This document shows positions 32,860-41,323 of a stretch of 64,000 nucleotides of DNA, in pieces. The DNA is from an uncultured Acidobacteriota bacterium (GTDB lineage Bacteria > Acidobacteriota > Terriglobia > Acidiferrales > UBA7541): NCBI GenBank assembly GCA_963819235.1, contig CAWFVE010000003.1:947568-1011567 (forward strand), written 5' to 3'. The notes under the pieces were generated by a model. The model was not told where the DNA came from. It saw only the letters and a program-made list of their open reading frames with translations, and did no database searches. How positions within the stretch are numbered: position 1 is the first letter of the stretch; each line of letters starts with the position of its first letter. The position numbers and the translations under genes are program-made.

Positions 32860-33522
32860 GTGAATCCGAGCTCTCGGATCAAGGTTCTGCTTCTGGTCGG
32901 TAATCATCTTCTTTGCAAGTCGTTAGTTCGCATCATCCAACAAAAAACAGACATTCTCGTCATCCGGCAATCCGTGGATTTGTCGGATATAGCGCTGCTA
33001 ATCGCCAAGTTGTCAAGTGACGTCGTCCTGCTGGATTCGGTCGGCGCAAATGCCTTGAACCGTCAATGTGTTGGCCGGATGAAGGATTTGAATCCCAATA
33101 CGCAGATACTCATGATTGGCATGGATGCCGACGAGAGCGCATTCCTGCGAGCGGTTCGGGCTGGTGTGAGTGGATATTTGTTACACGAAGCCTCGGCGAC
33201 AGACGTAGTCACCGCAATTCGTGCCGTCGCGCGGCGTGAGGCTGTCTGTCCTCCGCAATTTTGTAAGGCCCTATTCGAAGTTGTTGCGGGCGTGCGAGGG
33301 TTCACTCCTGGCATCCGTAGAGCGGCACCGCGGCTCACGCGCCGCCAGCAGGAACTCCTCCCAATGGTTGCGCGCGGGCTTACCAATAAAGAGATCGCTT
33401 CGCACTTGAACTTGTCCGAACAAACCATTAAAAACCATATACATAGAATGCTCCGCAGGATGGGTGCAAACGACCGTTCAGAAGCGGTCGAAATCGCCCT
33501 CGCTGACAGTCTCCCGACCTAG
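32860..33522 (+). CDS. NarL/FixJ-type response regulator (LuxR HTH) with an atypical receiver
   Basis: The C-terminal LTRRQQELLPMVARGLTNKEIASHLNLSEQTIKNHIHRM is a LuxR HTH. The receiver-like N-terminus has GN in place of the acidic DD pair and H in place of the conserved Lys (GYLLHEAS). The VVLLDS Asp is retained. Confidence 0.8.
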   Translation: MNPSSRIKVLLLVGNHLLCKSLVRIIQQKTDILVIRQSVDLSDIALLIAKLSSDVVLLDSVGANALNRQCVGRMKDLNPNTQILMIGMDADESAFLRAVRAGVSGYLLHEASATDVVTAIRAVARREAVCPPQFCKALFEVVAGVRGFTPGIRRAAPRLTRRQQELLPMVARGLTNKEIASHLNLSEQTIKNHIHRMLRRMGANDRSEAVEIALADSLPT

Positions 33523-33790
33523 AAGCGCAAAAACTGGGCCCGTAAGCGAAACAGTGATCACCCTGTCTTCCCTAAAATCTGTATTGTGCTGAAATGTTTC
33601 CGCCGAAACCAGTATTCCAGTACGGACCGAAACTCAATCGAAAAGTTCGAGAAAGATCGACCTGAAGCCACCTTCCCCGCCCACAACAGGGATGATCTTT
33701 GTCACGTTATCCACTGCGGGCTCCATTATCGGGAAGAGGCCTTCGACATCTTGTATCGAATAGCCGTTAAAAGATCCTCGAAATGTTACC

Positions 33791-34180
33791 TCAGTCAAAA
33801 ATCGCGCCTGCCGTGCTCCAATTGGTTCTTCCGGCAGTCGAACCAGAAAGGCCTTGCGCAGCGAGTTGAGCATTACCGTCTTGTGTGGCCCACAATCCAT
33901 TTCCCGCGCCCATGGCTTGAAATCCCTGAATCTCAAGATACCATCGCCCATTTAGATCATAACCCGCCCGAACGTTGCAACTGAACCCATTGAAACTATT
34001 CGGGTGCTGAATGATGGAGCGGTCGAGGCCCAACACGAAACCCGGAACTCGGTATGAGCCGCATCCGGTCCCAAAAGAAAGCCGATCATGCCAAGTCAAG
34101 GTCGTTTCTTGGCCACGGCTTGCAGCACTCGCGAAAAGAATGAACGTCACCAGTAACGAAAAGATTGTGGGTTGCCGCAT
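33791..34180 (-). CDS. Small secreted protein, possibly an outer-membrane strand protein
   Basis: MRQPTIFSLLVTFILFASAASRGQE is a signal peptide, followed by Gly/aromatic-rich alternating sequence. An overlapping alternative frame (33634-33951) makes the 3' end uncertain. Confidence 0.3.
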   Translation of the reverse strand: MRQPTIFSLLVTFILFASAASRGQETTLTWHDRLSFGTGCGSYRVPGFVLGLDRSIIQHPNSFNGFSCNVRAGYDLNGRWYLEIQGFQAMGAGNGLWATQDGNAQLAAQGLSGSTAGRTNWSTAGAIFD

Positions 34181-34415
34181 TCTAGTCGACCTCTTTCTTG
34201 ATCCCGAAAGCGAACGGCTCGACCATCTGCACGAGCATCGCCACATTGCTCGGGCAGTTAACTAACGTTAACTTCGTAACTTGCTTGATTGTCCTAAGCT
34301 CAGGGAGACCCATTTTGGTTCTTGATTCCCAGTTGGGGCGTTTCGAATCAGGACAATTTGCAATTCCTATTTGGATCGGGGCAAATTGATCAACGGTCTA
34401 TGATGAAGGAGCAAC

Positions 34416-34598
34416 ATGAAATCGAGCGACAAGAAGTCGAAGGCGTCCGTCGCCAAAATGGCGTATTACAACATGATTTTGACTGAGGCCATTTTTCAGA
34501 TACTCGAAGAGAAGGGATTGCTTACGCGGCAGCAAGTTAAGGAGCGTATTGAGCGCATAAAAGCAGAAACCAAGCTCGGCTTCCAAATAATTCAGTAA
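34416..34598 (+). CDS. Small hypothetical protein (60 aa)
   Basis: GAAGGAG lies 5 nt upstream of the ATG. The sequence is helical and charged. No family recognised. Confidence 0.45.
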   Translation: MKSSDKKSKASVAKMAYYNMILTEAIFQILEEKGLLTRQQVKERIERIKAETKLGFQIIQ

Positions 34599-34649
34599 AT
34601 TCGGGGCTGAGCAATAGGGCCAAATGCTATTACTCTCCGTCAGCTCTAG

Positions 34650-35215
34650 TGCGAATTGCATACTGCGCTAGGGCCAACGCGATCTAACAAGGTTGAGCTT
34701 GAGCATAATTCTAGCGCGGTGACTTTCAACCGTCTGCACATGGATGCCCAGCTCAACGTACACTTAAAGAAGCCGAGGAAGTTCACGGCTTCAAAGTCGC
34801 CGTATTGGCTCGATACTGCGGCCGCCCGCCATGGCGGGCCACCTCCCGGCTCACCGTCGACACCGCTCGCTGCAGACCCTGGGCGATTTGACGAATCGAC
34901 CATCCGCCAGCTATCCCCGCGGGAGATGTCCTCTCGCGCTGCCAGGGTAAGTGTTCGCAGCGAACGCCGACAGGCGGCCGGAGCAATCCCCACCATGACG
35001 CGCCAACAAAAAGTGAATGACTACATGGTCCTTGCCCAGAGGCCGCCCTATTTCATGCGATGACTGTCCTGCCCTCCAACAGGTACACAGCTCGCTTCTT
35101 TACACCGCCGGAAAGCTTCACCCGTCTCGTTTGGGTCATAAACACCACCTTTTAAGTGAAGATTCATATCAGATGGTGTTGCATCGACCGGTTGAGCCGG
35201 CGCCGTTTTTCGGGA
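34650..35215 (-). mobile_element. IS30-family element, 5' stump (left end plus frameshifted N-terminal HTH region; DDE domain absent)
   Basis: Reverse strand from the ATG at 35131 reads MTQTRRVKLS... With frame hops it continues GQSSHEIGRPLGKDHVV...GGIAPAACRRSLRTLTLAAREDISRGIAGGWSIRQIAQGLQRAVSTVSREVARHGGRPQYRANTA. This is the double-HTH N-terminus typical of IS30 transposases. Nothing resembling the catalytic domain follows. Confidence 0.65.
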
Positions 35216-35381
35216 ATTGGCGGCATGCTCGCCGGGCATCAGCAGGATGTAGCTCCCGTGGACACCAGACCGCGGATTGAACACCCGGTCATCCGAGGGT
35301 TGTTTTTACCTAACTTAAGTGGCTTGCAATCAATCGATTGCATGGATCTAAAAGGCTGCCGACCTGCAATACAGAGAGGGT

Positions 35382-35861
35382 ATGAATCATCATTCTAAAA
35401 AACACCAAGTCATCTGCCCTCTCTGTGGTTGCCGAGCGCAACACAACGGCTCCGGTCCAGACCAAGTGATTCGAGCAATCCGGCGGAGAACGCGTCAGGT
35501 GGAGGCTCTCTTAGAGGGATTGTTTAAAAACTCTGCTCGAAGACGAAATCAGAGCAACGGCAGTCAAGGTCACAGACAGAACTTCTCGCAAACGACACTT
35601 CGACTGAAATCCACGCAAGCAGTGGCGAAGCGTGGCCCTATAGCGGCAGAACGAACAGAACGGACCGTGCTTTCGCCTAGAGAACGTGAAATTACCCACC
35701 GTCTAGCGGAAGGCCTTAGCAACAAAGAGACCGCAAGCGAACTGGGGATCAATGTGAGGACGGTCGAGACACACCGGGCTCGAATCATGCTGAAACTCAA
35801 CCTAAGGTCATTTGCAGAGTTGGTCCAGTATGCGATTCGGGAGGAGTTAATCGATGCCTGA
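35382..35861 (+). CDS. LuxR-family HTH transcriptional regulator
   Basis: The C-terminus is LSPREREITHRLAEGLSNKETASELGINVRTVETHRARIMLKLNLRSFAELVQYAIREELIDA. The N-terminal ~90 aa has no recognisable domain. Confidence 0.75.
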   Translation: MNHHSKKHQVICPLCGCRAQHNGSGPDQVIRAIRRRTRQVEALLEGLFKNSARRRNQSNGSQGHRQNFSQTTLRLKSTQAVAKRGPIAAERTERTVLSPREREITHRLAEGLSNKETASELGINVRTVETHRARIMLKLNLRSFAELVQYAIREELIDA

Positions 35862-36105
35862 GGTTAGGACTGGGACGTAGGAATACCTAGTAATTCACCG
35901 GACTTTCCCGGTTGCTGATAAGTTGTTAAGAAGTTGTTTAACCCCGCACGCCGTAGCTGGCAACCGTCTGGCTTTTGACGGGATGCGAAACGGCCATAAC
36001 AGTCGAACGTAATCCGGTCGGGAAACAGTCCCAGCCTAGGACTGCCCGAAAAACCACCCGGTTGCCAATGTCTTAAACGGACTCGACATTCTTGGTGTTA
36101 GACGT

Positions 36106-36794
36106 ATGGATATTGACGCTCTCCGAGTGCCCGATATCTCAGGGCAAGTGTTAGCGAGCCTGATTGCATCGAACATCGGCATTGCTGTCTTTGACCAATG
36201 GCTTCGCTACCGTTTCGTTAACGACGCGCTCGCGAGGATAAACGGCATTCCTGTCCAAGATCATATCGGCGAAAGTGTTCGCAAAATTGCGGGCGAAGTG
36301 AAGGCCGAGCCTGCATTCCGGGCTGTCTTCTCCAGCGGGAAAGTCATTTCTGGCCTCGAGATCACAGGGAAACTCCCAAAGAGGTCAGATGTGGGTCACT
36401 GGATTGAGACCTACCTTCCAATCCGAAGGGCCGGAGAAATGGTCACATACGTGGCCGTACTTATGATCGAGGTCAGTTTCGGCACACGCAAGGAGGTTAA
36501 GGAACTAGATCAGCAGCTGCTCGAAAGATTGACCCTCAATATGGATCGGACCCAAGAGTTGTTGCTAGAACTTCGGCGGCTACGCGGTAAGTACGGTCCT
36601 CTCCGAGCCGATTCGGAACGAATTATCGCTGAAATAGGAAAACCGGCTAGCGAGCGCGGACCGGCTCAAGCGCATGGCCCTGCAAGCCTTTCGGAACGAG
36701 AAGGAGAAATAGTAACCTTTCTCGCAAAGGGAAGGTCGAACAAGGAGATTGCCTCCACCCTGAATATCAGCGTGAAGACGGTGGAGACCCATCG
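36106..36794 (+). pseudogene. PAS-LuxR regulator, 5' part (interrupted by IS3-family insertion)
   Basis: A PAS-like N-terminus, then LSEREGEIVTFLAKGRSNKEIASTLNISVKTVETH. The HTH recognition helix is cut at CATCG (36790-36794). Confidence 0.8.
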
Positions 36795-36832
36795 GCGCGT
36801 GTCAACGAGTTTGAGACCACTGGTCATGGAAT

Positions 36833-37837
36833 TTAGTGAGCATTTTCATCTGCGTTGAGCGGTTTGTTGATCCAGACCTCGGTTGGAACCGAGAGTGGTT
36901 TCGGCTCCTGGCGCACGAAGCGTTCGGGGTGGACGCGATAGGCGGCATCGAGAACGGCTTGACGCTGTTCGAGGATGTGCGCGGTTTGGTTGTAGTGGAC
37001 CATGGCCGGGGTGAGCAAGCCCAACCCGGAGTGGCGGTGTTCCTGGTTGTACCAGCGGAAAAATCCCTGCGAAAAAGCGCGGCTGTCCTGAATGCACCCG
37101 AAGCGGTCCGGAAACTCCGGCCGGTACTTCAGGGTGCGAAACTGGCTTTCCGAATACGGATTGTCATCGGAGACGTGCGGGCGGCTGTGGGTTTTCGTGA
37201 CACCCAAGTCGGCCAACAGGAAGGCTACCGGCTTGGAACTCATCGAGGTGCCGCGATCAGCATGTAGGGTGAGCTGGCCGGGCTGGATGTTTTGTTTCGC
37301 ACAACTCTCCCCGATCAGCCGCTTGGCCAGCTCCGCGCTTTCGCGCATCGCCACCATCCAGCCGGTGACGTAGCGGCTGAAGACATCGAGGATGACGTAG
37401 AGGTAGAAGTAGGTCCACTTGGCGGGCCCCAGCAGCTTGGTGATGTCCCAGCTCCAGAGTTGATTGGGAGCCGTCGCCAGTAGTTCCGGCTTCGTGTACG
37501 GCGGATGAGTCAACTGGTCACGTCGTTCGCGGGATTCGCCCTCTTGTTTCAGGAAGCGATGCATGGTGCGAATCGAGCAGTAATAGTGCCCTTCGTCGAG
37601 CAACGTCGCATACACAGCGGCTGGGGAGCGATCCTGGAATCGTTCTCCGTGCAGATGCGCCAGGACCGTTTCGCGTTCCGTCGGACTCAGGGCACGTGCT
37701 GGTCTCGGTCGCAAAGCGATCGCTGCGGGGAAAGAAGCTGCACGTCGATCCCGGTAGTAGGAAGCACGCGGCGCAAACAGCGCACGGCAAGCGGCGCGCG
37801 TGCCTACATCGGTCGCCAGTTCAGTGACCGCGGTCAT
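36833..37837 (-). CDS. IS3-family transposase OrfB (DDE integrase core)
   Basis: 334 aa with NQLWSWDITKL, LHADRGTSMSS and WYNQEHRHSGLGLLTP (the rve domain D, D, E regions). Confidence 0.92.
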   Translation of the reverse strand: MTAVTELATDVGTRAACRALFAPRASYYRDRRAASFPAAIALRPRPARALSPTERETVLAHLHGERFQDRSPAAVYATLLDEGHYYCSIRTMHRFLKQEGESRERRDQLTHPPYTKPELLATAPNQLWSWDITKLLGPAKWTYFYLYVILDVFSRYVTGWMVAMRESAELAKRLIGESCAKQNIQPGQLTLHADRGTSMSSKPVAFLLADLGVTKTHSRPHVSDDNPYSESQFRTLKYRPEFPDRFGCIQDSRAFSQGFFRWYNQEHRHSGLGLLTPAMVHYNQTAHILEQRQAVLDAAYRVHPERFVRQEPKPLSVPTEVWINKPLNADENAH

Positions 37838-38385
37838 CAGGACTCTTCCTCCAGGTCCTGTTCCGGAATCGGATGACCCAACAGCGCAGCCACTTTTTTT
37901 TGGACATCGATGATGATGTGCGCCTTACGCAGATCTTCGGTCAGACGTGCGTTCTGGCGGCGCAGCTTCTGGTTCTCCTCATCCATCGGATGGCGCTTGG
38001 ACTTCGGCCCGCGCCTCTGCGGAGTCAGCGCTTCGAGGATGCCGTTGGCCCGCTCGCGCCGCCAAGTGGCCAGCAGCGAAGAGTACAAACCTTCCCGGCG
38101 GAGGAGAGAGCCGATACCGCCTCGTGTGGCAGCGGCGGCCTCGGCTTCCTGCAGGATGCCCAGTTTATATTCCGCGGTGTAGGTACGCCGCTTGGGTTTC
38201 GCGACCACTTCGGGATCAGGCCGCGAGGCCGGCAGCGAATCGGCGCCCGCTTGGGCTGCCACTGCACTCCGCTTCGGCTCGCCAGGCTCGCCTCCGCTCC
38301 GTTCCGTGGCAGCCCAACTTGCAGAAGAAACAAAACCAAGAGAATTCCCGTTCATCTCTCCCTTTTTCTTTCTCGCCCTGCTCAT
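37837..38385 (-). CDS. IS3-family transposase OrfA (HTH plus leucine zipper)
   Basis: KRRTYTAEYKLGILQE... and LRRQNARLTEDLRKAHIIIDVQKKVAALLG. Its stop overlaps the orfB ATG by 1 nt (TGATG). Confidence 0.88.
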   Translation of the reverse strand: MSRARKKKGEMNGNSLGFVSSASWAATERSGGEPGEPKRSAVAAQAGADSLPASRPDPEVVAKPKRRTYTAEYKLGILQEAEAAAATRGGIGSLLRREGLYSSLLATWRRERANGILEALTPQRRGPKSKRHPMDEENQKLRRQNARLTEDLRKAHIIIDVQKKVAALLGHPIPEQDLEEES

Positions 38386-38430
38386 TAATTAAGAGTACTA
38401 AAACGGTCTCAGAGATGTTGGCACGGAGGG

Positions 38431-38520
38431 CATCGCGCAAGAATCTTTTTGAAGCTCCACCTGGATTCGTTTGCCAGCTTAGTGAGGTACGCCATCCGCA
38501 ATAAAATGGTTGAACCCTAG
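38431..38520 (+). pseudogene. PAS-LuxR regulator, 3' part
   Basis: Reads HRARIFLKLHLDSFASLVRYAIRNKMVEP*. This parallels the tail of the 35382 gene (HRARIMLKLNLRSFAELVQYAIREELIDA) and is in frame with 36106-36794 once the IS and one CATCG copy are removed. Confidence 0.8.
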
Positions 38521-38677
38521 TAAGGCAAGCCTGTCAGGAAGCCTTACGGGATTTAACTGACTATTCCCCAAGTCCTAATGGCAGTTTCCGGGTGGCCGAC
38601 CATTCGTGAGCAACCGTGTCCCGGACTAGCGGGTAGCGTTTGACCTGGCCCTTCGCACCAAGAGAGGAGTTCGGAAA

Positions 38678-39643
38678 TTATGGAAGCTCAGGCATTGGTG
38701 TGTTTTGGGAGATGTCGGGTTCAATATTGGCGTCCTCGAGGGTTTTGGCTATTTGCTGGATCAGCGTTTTCAGGTTTTCCCCAGGTTCGATCACGGCAGC
38801 TCGCGCCCAAAGGAACTGGTCTCTTACTGGCGTAAGAATCAGGCCCTTTACGACTCCTAGGACGAATGGCTGCAATTCCCTGTACGTGAACGGGTATGTT
38901 GCCACCTCAAGACCAGACGCGAAAACAGGTGCACCGCTAAGCTCCAGCGCACCGGATAAGTCCAACGCATATCCACGTTCAAGACGATGACTCTGAGGGT
39001 TGTGATACCACCATTTTTCTGTAAGCAGCGATATGCGGGCAAACTTCGCAGCAGGAGTGTTGGGCATTTGCCCGTCGAAGTCGAGAAGGTAGCCTACAGT
39101 CAAGACATCTGTGCCGATTCCGATGGTTTGCTCCATCATCCCCTTGGCATCGATCAACAATGAAGAAGGAATTACCGTCAGATCAGCGCCAGGAATTTCA
39201 GGCAGGCTCAAGGCGACGAGGTCAACTCCCGAAGTGGCGAAGACTGCATTTCGCAGGTCCAGGCTATAACAGACGAAATGCGATGCCGTTTTAGAGGGCA
39301 CGCGCATGATGAATTCAGTCTGGTTGGCAATCAAATGCTTCGCGGTAACGAGAACATTCCACGCGCCCTGCTGTGACGAGGATGCGGCTGTTTTGCTTTC
39401 CAGGTGAACTACAAAGCCACTTCCAAGGGGCGGAATGTTTCGGTGCGCGGGTTGCGTTACGCAAGGGGTTGCTTGAGGTCCGTAGATGAAGATCGAGATG
39501 TTTGCAGCCCTGCGAAAAAAGCCTGATTTGAGAATAGCCGCTTCTTCTTGTCCTTCTGTCGGAGCCTGGGCCTGCTGAGCGTGCAACGGAGCCAGAAAGC
39601 CTAGAACGCCTAGAGCGCAAAAGATGCCACAGACAGCTTTCAT
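38678..39643 (-). CDS. Secreted trypsin-like (S1 fold) serine protease
   Basis: Signal peptide MKAVCGIFCALGVLGFLAPLHAQQ. Candidate triad contexts are GSGFVV...VLVTAKHLI (His), GVDLVALSL (Asp) and LELSGAPVF (Ser). Confidence 0.7.
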   Translation of the reverse strand: MKAVCGIFCALGVLGFLAPLHAQQAQAPTEGQEEAAILKSGFFRRAANISIFIYGPQATPCVTQPAHRNIPPLGSGFVVHLESKTAASSSQQGAWNVLVTAKHLIANQTEFIMRVPSKTASHFVCYSLDLRNAVFATSGVDLVALSLPEIPGADLTVIPSSLLIDAKGMMEQTIGIGTDVLTVGYLLDFDGQMPNTPAAKFARISLLTEKWWYHNPQSHRLERGYALDLSGALELSGAPVFASGLEVATYPFTYRELQPFVLGVVKGLILTPVRDQFLWARAAVIEPGENLKTLIQQIAKTLEDANIEPDISQNTPMPELP

Positions 39644-39676
39644 GCAGTTAACGGCTCAAGGGAGTTCGGCGCGCTC

Positions 39677-40417
39677 TCAATACCATTGATCTTTGCCGCC
39701 AAATTCCCAACGCACGGTCAGAGCCATCGTATCCGCCAGTTGGCATGTTCGAGGCGCAGGAACCCATGGATTTGCTTGGTCGCAAAAGTGGTAGAACGCG
39801 AGCGCACCGCCGAGACGTAAACTGTATTTGGAAAGCGATATAGCGCGAAACTCCTGATAGAACTCCGGGCCTTGGGTGCGATTTGACTGGATGCCATCCG
39901 AAGACAATGTGCATTCAGTCGCCCAAACACAGCCCGTCGGGATCACATAATCAGCCGAAAATCTACCGGCCAAGCCGAGCAAGTTATCGCGGATCATCAT
40001 TCCTGCTGTAGGCATCCAGCCACTCTTGTTGAATTGGGAGGTCCAAAGATGGCTTTGCCGAAGCTCGCCTGAGATGCCTACGTGCCAACGTGGAAACCAA
40101 ATGCCCTTCACATCCCAGACAAAACTATTCCCGTCATTAGTTAGGTACTTTTTGTCTGGCGAGTAATCAGCGGATGTTTGCAGCTCGATGTGGGCACCAA
40201 TCGGCTTCTCGATAGTGAAACCGACACCGATGTCAGGTAATTTGAACCCTAGTTGTGACTCGTTGCCAATATGCGTATCGATTACCAGACGATCAAATGG
40301 CATCGGCGCCAGCGTAGCAGGTGCCTGCGCAAGTAGACGTGAGGAGACCAATGCCATCTTTGCCAGTAAAGCTGCCGACGCTAACAGCACATTGGCCGGA
40401 CTACTGCGGAATTGCAT
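39677..40417 (-). CDS. Outer-membrane beta-barrel-like protein
   Basis: Signal peptide, alternating hydrophobic and aromatic strands, and a C-terminal ...GGKDQWY aromatic end. Confidence 0.55.
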   Translation of the reverse strand: MQFRSSPANVLLASAALLAKMALVSSRLLAQAPATLAPMPFDRLVIDTHIGNESQLGFKLPDIGVGFTIEKPIGAHIELQTSADYSPDKKYLTNDGNSFVWDVKGIWFPRWHVGISGELRQSHLWTSQFNKSGWMPTAGMMIRDNLLGLAGRFSADYVIPTGCVWATECTLSSDGIQSNRTQGPEFYQEFRAISLSKYSLRLGGALAFYHFCDQANPWVPAPRTCQLADTMALTVRWEFGGKDQWY

Positions 40418-40922
40418 GATCTGCTCTTAGCTCGGGCGCCAGGGTGTTTTGTCCTTGGGGCGCTGGGGAACTTGCAGGTTGGATTTGCGCATTGCGGAAG
40501 GCAAACCATCCGTGCAGGACGGCCGGGAAGAGAAAGAAATAGCGCTCAAACAAATGCGCGGTGGGATCGGTCTCCGTGTAGGAGATCTCCCAGGACACTT
40601 GATTAATTGTGGAGTAATAGAATCCGGTGAGGCCGAGTAACCCGTATACCCGGGCTGCCGGGGGATGCGCTCCCCACATGAAAGAATAGTTCTCGCACGG
40701 CTGCGAGCATCGGCGCGTAAGATCGAAGCTCGTCTTAGCGTCTGCTAACACGGCTCCCATCAAAATCCACTGATTCAGGGCCAATCGCCGGTCTTTGAGC
40801 GTGAACATATTTTCAGCCGTCCGGCCGAATGCTCGTGGAACCGCGGTTAGGAAGTGCTTCGGGCCTGCTTTAACTTCGACAGCCATCGATACAAGAAGAC
40901 AATACAACATCAGGCGTCGCAT
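40401..40922 (-). CDS. Hypothetical membrane/secreted protein, first gene of the protease operon
   Basis: The ATG at 40922 (MRRLMLYCLLVSMAVEVKAG) has GAGG 7 nt upstream. The ORF-track GTG start (40976) would lie only ~20 nt from the putative -12 element. It overlaps the next gene by 17 nt. Confidence 0.5.
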   Translation of the reverse strand: MRRLMLYCLLVSMAVEVKAGPKHFLTAVPRAFGRTAENMFTLKDRRLALNQWILMGAVLADAKTSFDLTRRCSQPCENYSFMWGAHPPAARVYGLLGLTGFYYSTINQVSWEISYTETDPTAHLFERYFFLFPAVLHGWFAFRNAQIQPASSPAPQGQNTLAPELRADHAIPQ

Positions 40923-40997
40923 GAATTCGCCTCGCCATTTTTCAAATAGCGTGGGGACATTGGTCAGAGATCGCACGAATAGAGCCAGACTGTGCTC

Positions 40998-41012
40998 GCA
41001 AGCTAACCTCCA
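40998..41012 (-). promoter_or_regulatory. Candidate sigma54 (-24/-12) promoter TGGAGG-N5-TTGC
   Basis: Reverse strand reads TGGAGGTTAGCTTGC. The GG and GC are at the canonical 12-nt offset and the -12 TTGC is perfect. It lies ~75 nt upstream of the ATG at 40922 and faces away from the adjacent sigma54 activator gene. Confidence 0.4.
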
Positions 41013-41220
41013 GAGCAGTAGCGGCTTGCAGGACTCTCTGCGCAGAAATAGCTAAGAAATCAGGTCATTTCGGGAACGGCCTTCTTCCGAGAAACTCCGA
41101 AACGGGATAGAAAGCCAGTGCTTGGCCTATGAAGCACACCCAGCTAGGGATCTAGGGGAGGGAACCATGACTTCCACGACCGTCTGCTTTATCTGGAATA
41201 TAAAATTTAAGGGCGATCCT

Positions 41221-41250
41221 GTCAGGAAATCCCCTAGGGGATTTCCTGAC
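41221..41250. promoter_or_regulatory. Perfect 30-nt palindrome GTCAGGAAATCCCCT|AGGGGATTTCCTGAC (candidate enhancer/operator)
   Basis: Read directly; the two 15-nt halves are exact reverse complements. It lies ~210 nt upstream of the -24/-12 candidate and ~75 nt upstream of the activator gene. Confidence 0.5.
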
Positions 41251-41323
41251 TTTCCATATCTGTTAACAGTTCTATAGTGGAAGGCAACCGTACCGTTACA
41301 GTACGTGCGCATGGCCTCATGCC

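Larger units (their letters stand above)
36795..38430 (-). mobile_element. IS3-family insertion sequence, apparently complete
   Basis: Imperfect terminal inverted repeats: CGTGTCAACGAGTTTGAGACC (from 36798) versus the reverse complement of the right end, CGTGCCAACATCTCTGAGACC (to 38425). It carries orfA and orfB and is flanked by the direct repeat CATCG (36790-36794 and 38431-38435). Confidence 0.85.

Noticed and set aside
41111-41125. TTGGCCTATGAAGCA in the divergent intergenic region, as a sigma54 promoter for the activator gene
   Set aside because: The GG-GC offset is 10 nt, which is incompatible with -24/-12 geometry.
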